Shown: positions 17,401 through 25,464 of the stretch, piece by piece | Position numbering within the stretch: position 1 is the first letter of the stretch | Layout of the letters: every line of letters begins with the position of its first letter | DNA from: an uncultured Lachnospiraceae bacterium | Lineage (GTDB): Bacteria; Bacillota; Clostridia; Lachnospirales; Lachnospiraceae | Assembly: GCA_944383765.1 (NCBI GenBank) | Contig: CALWQT010000014.1 | Span: 463-64,462 of the forward strand | Reading direction: 5' to 3' | DNA length: 64,000 bases | The notes under the pieces: generated by a model | Told to the model about the DNA's origin: nothing | Databases searched by the model: none | The model's input: the letters and a program-made list of their open reading frames with translations, nothing else | Position numbers and translations under genes: made by a program

Positions 17401-18621
17401 ATGAATCCCAGAAAATTCAGTGTGGAGATTGCGTACAATGGAATTCCGGCAACAAAGGAGATTATCCCATACTTTAATTCTTTTACGTTTACTGATGCTA
17501 TAGATGAATCAGACACCATTTCTCTCAGTCTGATCGACAGAGAGGGGACCTGGAAAGGAAGTTGGATTCCTAAAAAAGAAGACAGGATATTTCCAAATAT
17601 TATCCTGGAGAACTGGTTGGCTGATCAGGAACGAAGGACTATTCTGTGCGGTGATTTTCTGGTGGACGATTTTAGTTTTTCCGGTCCTCCGGATATGCTC
17701 TCTATCAATGGGATATCATCGCCGCTTCACACAGATTTTAAGGAAACCAGCCGCTCCCAGACCTGGGCGAATGTGACATTGCAGCAGGTAGGAATGGAGA
17801 TTTCCGGAAGATATGGACTGGAACTGATCTTTGATGGAACTGATATTTCCATTGCGAAAATAGAGCAGAGCCGACAGTCAGACGGGGATTTCCTGAAAAA
17901 ACTGGCTGAAAAGTATGGGTTTGCCCTGAAGGTCTATGCTGGGAAACTGGTGTTGTTTGAATGGGATGCCTATGAGAAAAAGCCAGTTAAAGGTGTGATC
18001 CGGAGAACAGATGTGAGGAAATGGAATTATAAGAGCAGTATGCTCGGAACTTATACAGGAGCAAAAGTCAGCTATACCGTTCCAAATAAAAAAGAAACCA
18101 TTGAGATTATGGTAGGAAAAGAGGGACGTTTATACAGTGTGAATGAAAAGGCAGACAGCCCGGCAGATGCAGAGCGGATCGGAAAAAATGCAATCCGTTC
18201 TGCAAACCGGAAGGAAACGACCATTTCTTTTACGTGGAATCCAGTCTTCTTTTTTAATGTAGGAGATAAAGTACAGTTGGATGGTTTTGGAAGCTTAAAT
18301 GGAATTTACCAGATTGGAAAGATTGTCCATCAGATTACTCCCAGCGATTACAGCATTCAGGTCAGTGGATGGGAAATTCCGGAGGTTGATTCCCAGGAAA
18401 ATTCAGAGCAGCCGCAGGAAGCTTCCGGAACACGGTATATAGTCCAGAGAGGAGATACCTTATGGGATTTGTCCTCTCATTTTTATGGTGACAGCACGCA
18501 GTATGAAAGAATTTATCAGGCAAATAAAGAAGTGATAGAACAGGAGGCCAGAAAAAGAGGAAAGAAGGATTCTTCTTCTGGTTATTGGATTTTTCCAGGG
18601 ACAGAACTTCTTATACCATAA
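17401..18621 (+). CDS. tail/baseplate hub protein, P2 gpD (late control D) family, with C-terminal LysM
   Basis: 406 aa, follows X as in P2-like tails. C-terminal YIVQRGDTLWDLSSHFYGDSTQYERIYQANK is a LysM motif. Confidence 0.75.
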   Translation: MNPRKFSVEIAYNGIPATKEIIPYFNSFTFTDAIDESDTISLSLIDREGTWKGSWIPKKEDRIFPNIILENWLADQERRTILCGDFLVDDFSFSGPPDMLSINGISSPLHTDFKETSRSQTWANVTLQQVGMEISGRYGLELIFDGTDISIAKIEQSRQSDGDFLKKLAEKYGFALKVYAGKLVLFEWDAYEKKPVKGVIRRTDVRKWNYKSSMLGTYTGAKVSYTVPNKKETIEIMVGKEGRLYSVNEKADSPADAERIGKNAIRSANRKETTISFTWNPVFFFNVGDKVQLDGFGSLNGIYQIGKIVHQITPSDYSIQVSGWEIPEVDSQENSEQPQEASGTRYIVQRGDTLWDLSSHFYGDSTQYERIYQANKEVIEQEARKRGKKDSSSGYWIFPGTELLIP

Positions 18622-18641
18622 AATGACAGGAGGAGATAGCA

Positions 18642-19052
18642 GTGGGTGATGGAATCCGGGTTGGTTTTGTATCCAGTGTGAGTCCGCAAGCCGGAACCGT
18701 TCAGGTGACGTATCCGGACAGGGACAGGATGGTGACAGGTGATTTTCCTGTCTTGATTTTTGGCGGAGAGTATTCGTTGCCGGAAGTAAATGATTTAGTT
18801 CTTGTGCTGCATTTGAGCAACGATGTAAGTTCTGGGGTGGTTCTGGGAAAATTCTGGAATGATCAAGATATACCGGAGCATACAGAGTGGTATAAAAAAC
18901 TGTCAGATTCCGTACAGTTCAGAAAAGAGAAAGACAAATTATATTTCATTTCTCCGGAAATTATTTTTTCCGGAAATGTAGGAGAAATATCCTTGAAAGA
19001 CCTGGTGGAATTAAAACGAAAAGTGGAAGATTTGGAGGCTGGAAACACATGA
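18642..19052 (+). CDS. baseplate assembly protein V / spike-like
   Basis: GTG start after AGGAGGAG. 136 aa; the GVVLGKFWN motif and position fit gpV/Mu gp45-type proteins. Confidence 0.6.
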   Translation: MGDGIRVGFVSSVSPQAGTVQVTYPDRDRMVTGDFPVLIFGGEYSLPEVNDLVLVLHLSNDVSSGVVLGKFWNDQDIPEHTEWYKKLSDSVQFRKEKDKLYFISPEIIFSGNVGEISLKDLVELKRKVEDLEAGNT

Positions 19053-19444
19053 AAGTAGGATCGTTTGGAAATCAGCTGATATTCCGAGTCAGTGATGAAA
19101 CGGTCATGACCTTCAAGAATATGAAGCGGGAGATTTCCGGAAACTGGGGCAGTATGGATCGCATCGGACAGAAACCGTTGCCATATTTTCAGGGACCGTC
19201 GCTGCAAAGCATCACTATGGAGATTATATTGGATGCGTCTCTTGGAATACGTCCCAGAAGAATGCTGCAGCGTATTGAAAATATGGTGGAGAACGGTCAG
19301 GCAGAAGTATTAGTAGTCGGCAGGCAACGGGTAGGGAAAAATCGTTGGGTAATCTTAAAAAGTTCAGAGGCATGGGACATAGTACTGCAAAAAGGAGAAC
19401 TGTATCGGGCAACGGTCAGTTTGACATTTCAGGAATATATGTAG
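19049..19444 (+). CDS. tail protein, P2 gpU-like
   Basis: 131 aa. ...FKNMKREISGNWGSMDRIGQKPLPYFQGPSLQSITMEIILD...VVGRQRVGKNRWVI follows the gpU family pattern. Confidence 0.55.
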   Translation: MKVGSFGNQLIFRVSDETVMTFKNMKREISGNWGSMDRIGQKPLPYFQGPSLQSITMEIILDASLGIRPRRMLQRIENMVENGQAEVLVVGRQRVGKNRWVILKSSEAWDIVLQKGELYRATVSLTFQEYM

Positions 19445-19455
19445 GAGAAGAGATT

Positions 19456-19764
19456 ATGGAAGAAAGATGCAGGATCGATTTGGATATACAAAGTGCAGAA
19501 GATGCAGAGATTCTGGAATGTTTAAAAGCGCTTCTCAATATTCGCTCTGGAACACAGCCTGCAGACCGGGAATTTGGAATTTCCTGGAATTGCTTGGACT
19601 ATCCGCCTGAAGCTGCAGAGTCTATGTTTTTAGTTGAACTGGAAGATAAGGTGGCAAAATATGAACCGAGGGTAGAAATCAAAGAAGTTACATTTTCGGT
19701 ATCTCCGGAGGATGGGAAGATGAACCCCCATATTGTTTTCTGCAGAAAGGAGGAGTCGGCGTGA
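19456..19764 (+). CDS. baseplate wedge protein, GPW/gp25 family
   Basis: GGAGAAGAG then ATG 19456. 102 aa; ...LLNIRSGTQPADREFGISW... typical of gp25-like proteins. The ORF-track start at 19345 overlaps the preceding gene. Confidence 0.7.
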   Translation: MEERCRIDLDIQSAEDAEILECLKALLNIRSGTQPADREFGISWNCLDYPPEAAESMFLVELEDKVAKYEPRVEIKEVTFSVSPEDGKMNPHIVFCRKEESA

Positions 19765-20913
19765 GAGGGGATTTGGATAAATATCCGGAAGTAAGTTTTA
19801 TTGGCGGAATGATGTTTTCTGATTTTCTTGATGAAATGATCAAACATTATGAAAGCAAGTATGCGGAGATTACAGGCAAAGAGATATCTCTGGCTCCGGC
19901 ATCTCCGGAACGTTTGAGGCTGTACAGTGCAGCAGTGATGATCTATCAGGGGTTCCAGTATTTGGATCGAAGTGGAAAGAATGGACTTTTAAAATACAGC
20001 ACTGGGGATTTTTTTGGATAATCTGGCGGCGTTAAAAAGAGTTGCACGGAATCCTGCTGTTGCGGCTGTAACAAAGCTTAAATTTACCTTATCCAAACCA
20101 CAAGGGTTTGCCATTACCGTTCCGGCAGGGACCAGGGCAAAGGTGGATGAGTTATTTTTTGCAACAACGAAGACGGTTGAAATAAGCAGTGGTGAACAGA
20201 GCGTAGAAGTGGCGGCTGTTTGTCTGACTCCAGGAACGGTAGGAAACGGTTATGCGGAGGGAAGAATCCAGATATTGGTGGATCCGGTTAACTATGTGAA
20301 AGCAGTAGTAAATACCACAGAGACAAGTGGAGGAATTGATGCAGAATCGGATGATGAACTGGCTCAGAGAGTTTATCTGGCTCCATCCGGATATTCCACA
20401 GCCGGTCCGGAAGATGCTTACCGATATCTGGTGATGACACATAACCAGGGAATAGAGGATTGCTTCATTGTATCAGAACAGCCAGGAGAGGTGGATATCT
20501 ATATCATGATGCAAGGTGGAGAAACACCTGGACCGGAAGAAATAGAAAATTTGCAGAACTATCTGGAGGATGGAAATAGAAAACCTCTGACAGATAGAGT
20601 AATGGTAAAAGCACCGGAGCTGAAGGAATATGAAATAGATGCTACATATTATATTGCTGAATCGGATAGAGAAAACGTAGAAGTGATTAAAAAGCAGGTG
20701 GAATCTGCATGTCAGGAATATCAGAAATGGCAGGCGGCAGTGATCGGCAGGGATGTGAATCCGTCTCAGTTGACCTATATGCTGATTGGGGCGGGAGCCT
20801 GTTATGTAGTGATCCGCAGCCCAGTGTTTGAAGAAATCACAGAGGCTGCCATATCGAAAGCGAGATCGGTCAATCTGGAATATGGAGGACTGAAAGATGC
20901 GAGGACTTTATGA
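19761..20913 (+). pseudogene. baseplate J-like protein, reading frame broken in a T7 homopolymer
   Basis: ORFs 19761..20021 and 20014..20913 are the N- and C-parts of one J-family protein. With T6 instead of T7 at 20009-20015 the text reads ...STGDFLDNLAALKRVARNPA... continuously. Confidence 0.7.
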
Positions 20914-21841
20914 TGCCACACCATTTGATCTTCTTCCGGAATATCTGAAAGATCCGGAAGAGGAAGCGGTATGTTATGCGGTTGGTGAAGCACTGAAAAA
21001 ACTGCTGGATTATATGGAGGGGATTGCGTTGTATGGCAATCTGGAAAAGGTATCCGATGAAGTGCTGAACAGTATGGCATTGGAACTGCGGACTCAATAC
21101 TATGATACCGGGGCAGCCAGAAAGACCAGGGAAGATATGGTGAAACAAACGTTATCCTGGTATATGCGTGGAGGGACAAATTCTACCCTGGAAGAGTATC
21201 TGGCAACGTTATATGATGGCGGTCATGTGGAAGAATGGCATGAATATGGCGGAAAACCTTATTATTTTAAGTCGAAGGTAACGGTGGGAGAAAATGAGGT
21301 GATTGAGGTTGGGGAAACCGAAGAAATCATTCGCCGGATCCATGCTTATAAAAATGTAAGGTCCTGGTTGGAAGCGCTGATTCTCCAGATACTGTTTAAG
21401 GTGAATGTAAATATCCAGTATGATCTGAAAAACCGGCTGTATATGGAGTTTTTCCCCAGGCAGAATCTGGAACCTCTGTTGTTAGACAGTACTTGGGTTT
21501 TGGACGGTATCCGGAAATTAAATGGCTACCGATCAGGCAGCCAGGTAGATTTCTATCCGGTAAAGATCAAATTGTTTATGAGTAATCAAATAACTCTGTT
21601 GGCAGAAGAAAGTGATGTTTGCATTGAGCTTTTTATACCGGTAATGGTATTCGGACAGGAAGCATTAAAACTCATAATGGAATTTGCAGAACGGATACGT
21701 TTTACGGAAAGTCTTAAAATTCAGACAGAAGCAGAGGTGACGGGAAACATTGAAGCAGGAATGTACCGGAAAAAGTATTTGGATGGTATGTGGAAATTGG
21801 ATGGCAGCAGGAAGCTAAACGGTGGAAAAATCATGCTATAG
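20897..21841 (+). CDS. tail protein I-like (P2 gpI family)
   Basis: 314 aa. LLPEYLKDPEEEAVCYAVGEALKKLL...LNSMALELRTQYYD resembles the gpI N-terminal pattern; follows J. Confidence 0.65.
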   Translation: MRGLYDATPFDLLPEYLKDPEEEAVCYAVGEALKKLLDYMEGIALYGNLEKVSDEVLNSMALELRTQYYDTGAARKTREDMVKQTLSWYMRGGTNSTLEEYLATLYDGGHVEEWHEYGGKPYYFKSKVTVGENEVIEVGETEEIIRRIHAYKNVRSWLEALILQILFKVNVNIQYDLKNRLYMEFFPRQNLEPLLLDSTWVLDGIRKLNGYRSGSQVDFYPVKIKLFMSNQITLLAEESDVCIELFIPVMVFGQEALKLIMEFAERIRFTESLKIQTEAEVTGNIEAGMYRKKYLDGMWKLDGSRKLNGGKIML

Positions 21842-21859
21842 AGCGAAAGGAGATTATAT

Positions 21860-22246
21860 ATGGCAACAGCGGTTATCACGGAAACAGGAAGGAAAAAACT
21901 TTGCAAGGCACATGCAGGAGATATATCGCTTCCTAAGATATCAAAAATTGCATGGGGGAATGGAGGAGTAGATGAGGAAGGGACTCCGAAAGCTACAACA
22001 GGAAAAGAAATCGGACTGTACAATCAGTTATTGGAAAAAGAAATAGAAAGTCATTCGTATCCGGTGGAAGAAGAAACGACCTGCCGATATACGGGTACGA
22101 TTGAAAAAGGAGAACTGACTGGAGAAAGTATATCAGAGATGGGGCTTTTCGATGAAGAAGGCGATCTGGTAGCCTATAAGACGTTTCTGCCCAAAGGGAA
22201 AGATGAAGATGTTCCAATGGAATTTAATATGGATGAAGTGTTTTAA
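21860..22246 (+). CDS. tail-collar fibre protein (P2 gpH N-terminal-domain type)
   Basis: 128 aa. AVITETGRKKLCKAHAGDISLPKISKIAWGNGG... matches the tail-collar fibre (DUF3751-like) pattern. Confidence 0.6.
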   Translation: MATAVITETGRKKLCKAHAGDISLPKISKIAWGNGGVDEEGTPKATTGKEIGLYNQLLEKEIESHSYPVEEETTCRYTGTIEKGELTGESISEMGLFDEEGDLVAYKTFLPKGKDEDVPMEFNMDEVF

Positions 22247-22264
22247 GGGGAGGGGTGATGACAG

Positions 22265-22687
22265 ATGGCAAATTGTGTAATCGGAGATCCGCCGGTTTTT
22301 AGTGCGGAAATTTCTAAATGGGACAAGCAGACAGATGCAGATGGTGATGCCATGGGCCTGGTCATCGAACAGCTTCTGAACAATACTGTTTATAACAAAA
22401 ATCAGGCAGAACGCAGCAGGCAATACCATGAGATTACACTGACAGCGTCTGGCTGGGTAGGTGATTCTGCACCATATACACAGACGGTAGTGGTGGATGG
22501 GATGACAGATCAGGACAGACCTACCCCGGTTTTTGTGGACGATGGTGAAAATGACCAGGACAGCAAATCCAGACAGAAAGCGTATGGCTGTATCACATTC
22601 TTTGATAGCGGAAACGGTATTGTGACAGCCACCTGCAAATACCAGAAGCCGGAATCAGATTGTACGGTTGGATTAAAGGGGGTATAG
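22265..22687 (+). CDS. tail fibre-associated protein, unknown function
   Basis: 140 aa in the fibre block. Confidence 0.45.
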   Translation: MANCVIGDPPVFSAEISKWDKQTDADGDAMGLVIEQLLNNTVYNKNQAERSRQYHEITLTASGWVGDSAPYTQTVVVDGMTDQDRPTPVFVDDGENDQDSKSRQKAYGCITFFDSGNGIVTATCKYQKPESDCTVGLKGV

Positions 22688-22691
22688 GTGC

Positions 22692-23669
22692 ATGGCAAGA
22701 TTTTATCCCTCCGGAGGAACTGGAGGAGCTGATGTGTCCGTAGTAACGGCAATGGCAGATGATGTAGCAAAAGGCAAGGTCATTGTGGGACCGGATGGGG
22801 AGCCAATTACTGGTGAACTGGAACTGACAGGAACGGCTGCAGATAGCCAGGTTCTGGCCGGTCAGACTTACTATAATACCGATCTGCATGAGAAGCGTAC
22901 TGGAGCGATGGCAAACCAAGGTGCTTGGAAATCTGAAGGTTTGGCGGCAGGGGCAGAAGTAGCTATTCCTCCTGGTTATCATAATGGCGGCGGCAAGGTG
23001 ACAGCGAAGGATCTGGCCAGCCAGACACCAGGGGATGCCACTGCGGCACAGATCTGGACTGGAAGGAAGGCATGGGTGAATGGTCAACAGGTTATGGGTA
23101 CACTTGCGATCCAGGGAGGAAGCACCACCATACCAGGGACGGCAGCGAAGACCATTGTCACGCCTAATAAGATTGTGACGGGGAATATTGTAGTTGCCGG
23201 AGATCCTAATTTAATACCAGCTAATGTCAAAAAAGGTGTGCCGATATTTGGTGTAATGGGAATCGCTGAAGGGTACTTTCCAACGGCTACTGATTTATAT
23301 TTAAGAGGAAATAATATAAAAAGTTTTAGACGTTTATCTGGAACAGAATCATCGGCGTCGTTTGACACTGGACAAATTACTATATCAAGTTTTGTTCAAA
23401 TTGGAACAGACGTTACTGTTAATTTTACAGGGTATAGTCGTATAAATATTCAAGGAAAAGTAGATATAACTAGTGGTTCTCAATCTTCAAGTATTAGGTT
23501 AATTGACTATGATAGCTTAGGAGTGCTTGCTACAGTAGTATGGGATTCTAGTCCTTCAGCAGCAGACTATTCTAAGAGTATAGATATAACAGCATTTCAG
23601 TACGATAGAAAAGTTCGTTTAGAATTTAGTAAGGCAAAGGGAGCTATTTATCGTGTTTGGCTATCATAA
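22692..23669 (+). CDS. tail fibre / receptor-binding protein with low-GC C-terminal domain
   Basis: 325 aa. Repeated [DA]-x-VLAGQT[YF]-type fibre motifs in the N-half; abrupt composition shift from about 23285. Confidence 0.6.
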   Translation: MARFYPSGGTGGADVSVVTAMADDVAKGKVIVGPDGEPITGELELTGTAADSQVLAGQTYYNTDLHEKRTGAMANQGAWKSEGLAAGAEVAIPPGYHNGGGKVTAKDLASQTPGDATAAQIWTGRKAWVNGQQVMGTLAIQGGSTTIPGTAAKTIVTPNKIVTGNIVVAGDPNLIPANVKKGVPIFGVMGIAEGYFPTATDLYLRGNNIKSFRRLSGTESSASFDTGQITISSFVQIGTDVTVNFTGYSRINIQGKVDITSGSQSSSIRLIDYDSLGVLATVVWDSSPSAADYSKSIDITAFQYDRKVRLEFSKAKGAIYRVWLS

Positions 23670-23681
23670 AGGAGGAATAAA

Positions 23682-24068
23682 ATGAAAATATATACAAACT
23701 TAAACTATGAAATTATAGGATATTCACCATCACACATTCCATCAGAATATGCCCACGAGTACGATGTAGAAGACGATACGCTGAATGGAAGGGCATTTCC
23801 TGTAATCTGTGGGTATAAGTATGAGCCGCAATATGAACTGGATTTTAACGAAGACGGTTCCCTAAAATATGATGAGCAGGGAAATCTTGTCTACAAAACA
23901 GACGAAGATGGAGAAAAGATATTCACCGGATATGCGTTCTATCCGTTTGTAGATTATCAGGTTTTGGAAAAACTGCAAGTCATGAACGATGAAAACGAGA
24001 AAAAGGTCACAGAACTGCAGCTTGCTCTTACACAGGTGTTTGAGCTGGCAGCTTCTAATATAAAATAA
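23682..24068 (+). CDS. phage protein, unknown (possible fibre assembly / XkdW-position protein)
   Basis: 128 aa, strong RBS AAGGAGG, between the fibre gene and the lysis cassette. Confidence 0.4.
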   Translation: MKIYTNLNYEIIGYSPSHIPSEYAHEYDVEDDTLNGRAFPVICGYKYEPQYELDFNEDGSLKYDEQGNLVYKTDEDGEKIFTGYAFYPFVDYQVLEKLQVMNDENEKKVTELQLALTQVFELAASNIK

Positions 24069-24081
24069 GGAGGTGGAGCAA

Positions 24082-24213
24082 ATGGCAGTGATTTACGCAG
24101 ATTTAATCTTGAAAGGCATGAAGTCTATTAAAGATGTGCCTTTGATGATCCGGGAAGATGTGAAGAAAGTGCTGGTTTCTTTAGGTTATCCGGAATTGGC
24201 AGAGGAAAAGTAA
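24082..24213 (+). CDS. small conserved phage protein (XkdX-position), 43 aa
   Basis: AAGGAGGTGGAG then ATG 24082. MAVIYADLILKGMKSIKDVPLMIREDVKKVLVSLGYPELAEEK. The ...DVP...V...L motif is common in small ORFs preceding Firmicutes phage holins. Below the track cut-off. Confidence 0.4.
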   Translation: MAVIYADLILKGMKSIKDVPLMIREDVKKVLVSLGYPELAEEK

Positions 24214-24223
24214 TAGGAGGTAA

Positions 24224-24559
24224 ATGCCAATGGATTCACCAATCAGCCGGGCGGAGCATGAAGAATTCCGCCGTCGGATGGAGGCAGAAAACAAGCGTCA
24301 GGATAAGAGGATAGAATTGCTGGAAGAAAGCATAAAAGCGATTCAGGATCTGACCATATCTGTACATACCCTGGCTCATGACATGAAGCAGATGCTGGAG
24401 GAGCAGAGAAGCCAGGGGCAGAGGTTAAATAAGCTGGAACAGGAGCCAGCGACGGCCTGGAAACAGGCGAAGAATACTATCATTACAGCGATACTGAGCA
24501 CGATTGCCGGAGGACTGGCGACCGGGCTCATTTTTATATTGTCGCAATCTATTCGATGA
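24224..24559 (+). CDS. XhlA-like lysis accessory protein (coiled coil + C-terminal TM)
   Basis: 111 aa; N-terminal coiled coil, C-terminal IITAILSTIAGGLATGLIFIL; precedes the holin as in PBSX xhlA-xhlB-xlyA. ATG 24230 is an alternative start. Confidence 0.6.
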   Translation: MPMDSPISRAEHEEFRRRMEAENKRQDKRIELLEESIKAIQDLTISVHTLAHDMKQMLEEQRSQGQRLNKLEQEPATAWKQAKNTIITAILSTIAGGLATGLIFILSQSIR

Positions 24560-24576
24560 GAGAGGAGGTGAAGTGC

Positions 24577-24804
24577 ATGTTTAAGAATTGCGTATTTAAA
24601 ATTGATGTGGACACCCAGAAGTGGATCAAGGCGGCAGCAGTCAGAGCGGTCAAGACTATGGCACAGACTTTTGTGGCTACCATTGGCACTGCGGCAGTGA
24701 TGGGTGATGTGAACTGGCAGATGGTAGCGTCGGCATCTGCATTGGCGGGAATTCTGTCTGTAGCCACATCTGTAGCCGGTATTCCGGAAGTTGCAGCAAA
24801 ATAA
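24577..24804 (+). CDS. phage holin
   Basis: GGAGGTGA then ATG 24577. 75 aa with two hydrophobic segments (...TFVATIGTAAVMG..., ...ASALAGILSVATSVAGI...); between xhlA-like and endolysin genes. Confidence 0.7.
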   Translation: MFKNCVFKIDVDTQKWIKAAAVRAVKTMAQTFVATIGTAAVMGDVNWQMVASASALAGILSVATSVAGIPEVAAK

Positions 24805-24898
24805 GGAGGTGATCCATCATCTCTGGGCCGGGCGGTATCCCGGCGGCTGAATAGCCACCGAATAAATGAGATTTTATATGAAAGAAAAGGAGAACACT

Positions 24899-25132
24899 AT
24901 GGAAGAAAAAAAGAGATCTGAAAAGAATGTTATTCACGAGAAGCAGGAACCCCATGACGCAGCACATTGCCATATTAACGATCCAGTTCATAGCCGCCCG
25001 GACATGGACTGCGGACATAGGGTAGATGGTCCCGGTCCCGGTGTAAATATTGAACGTGATGAACATACTGGACCTGGAATGCAGATTGAAAAAGATGCCA
25101 CAACAGGTCCTGGAGTTGGATTGGACAAGTAA
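24899..25132 (+). CDS. hypothetical His-rich protein with three GPG-x-x-[IL]-[ED]-[KR]-D repeats
   Basis: AAGGAG then ATG 24899 (track start 24866 lacks an RBS). ...GPGVNIERDEHTGPGMQIEKDATTGPGVGLDK. Confidence 0.5.
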   Translation: MEEKKRSEKNVIHEKQEPHDAAHCHINDPVHSRPDMDCGHRVDGPGPGVNIERDEHTGPGMQIEKDATTGPGVGLDK

Positions 25133-25135
25133 TCA

Positions 25136-25149
25136 TTGCGACATCGCAA
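25136..25149. repeat. palindrome TTGCGACATCGCAA (second copy of the 9351 motif)
   Basis: 13/14 identical to 9351-9364; followed by the GC hairpin GGCCCGG-AAATA-CCGGGCC (25154-25172). Confidence 0.6.
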
Positions 25150-25180
25150 CAAAGGCCCGGAAATACCGGGCCGGATATGA

Positions 25181-25209
25181 TTGCTGGATTATGATTGCTA
25201 TGCTATAAT
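25181..25209 (+). promoter_or_regulatory. promoter TTGCTG-17-TATAAT with TGc extended -10 (toxin mRNA)
   Basis: TTGCTG 25181-25186, 17-bp spacer, TGCTATAAT 25201-25209. Confidence 0.55.
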
Positions 25210-25257
25210 GCCAATGTTACCGCCCCGATACTGGCAACAGGAAGGGGGTGCATCATT

Positions 25258-25344
25258 TTGGAAAATCTATTATCTTTTCTTATTGCCGTTGTGGCTGGTG
25301 TGGTTTGCCACCTCATCAACAAATGGTTGGACGGCGATAAATAG
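25258..25344 (+). CDS. Fst-like type I toxin peptide, 28 aa (TTG start)
   Basis: GGGGGTG SD 25244-25250, TTG 25258. (M)ENLLSFLIAVVAGVVCHLINKWLDGDK compares with pAD1 Fst MKDLMSLVIAPIFVGLVLEMISRVLDEEDDSRK: one TM helix plus a charged tail. Confidence 0.6.
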   Translation: MENLLSFLIAVVAGVVCHLINKWLDGDK

Positions 25345-25377
25345 TCGGTAACCAGCCTGTAGATGCTCAACTACATA

Positions 25378-25458
25378 AAGAGAGAAGAACGCCCCGGAGT
25401 TGCGACCTCCGGGGCGTTCGTTTTTGCATCATTTGGATGCTATTATCTTTTCTTGCCT
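25378..25458 (-). ncRNA. candidate antitoxin sRNA (RNA II-like), convergent with the toxin mRNA
   Basis: Starts about 7 nt after the minus-strand TATAAT and ends at the shared terminator. Its 5' part is complementary to the toxin SD/start/codons 1-8 through the direct repeats TGCATCATTT and CTATTATCTTTTCTT. Confidence 0.5.
25387..25425. terminator. bidirectional intrinsic terminator (13-bp stem)
   Basis: GAACGCCCCGGAG-TTGCGAC-CTCCGGGGCGTTC, followed by GTTTTT on + and by TTCTTCTCTCTTT on -. Confidence 0.8.
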
Positions 25459-25464
25459 ACTGGC

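Noticed and set aside
21860-24068. Diversity-generating retroelement or invertible (Cin/Gin-type) tail-fibre cassette
   Set aside because: There is no reverse transcriptase, template repeat or serine invertase nearby, and no inverted repeats flank the fibre C-terminus. The composition break is better explained by recombinational mosaicism.
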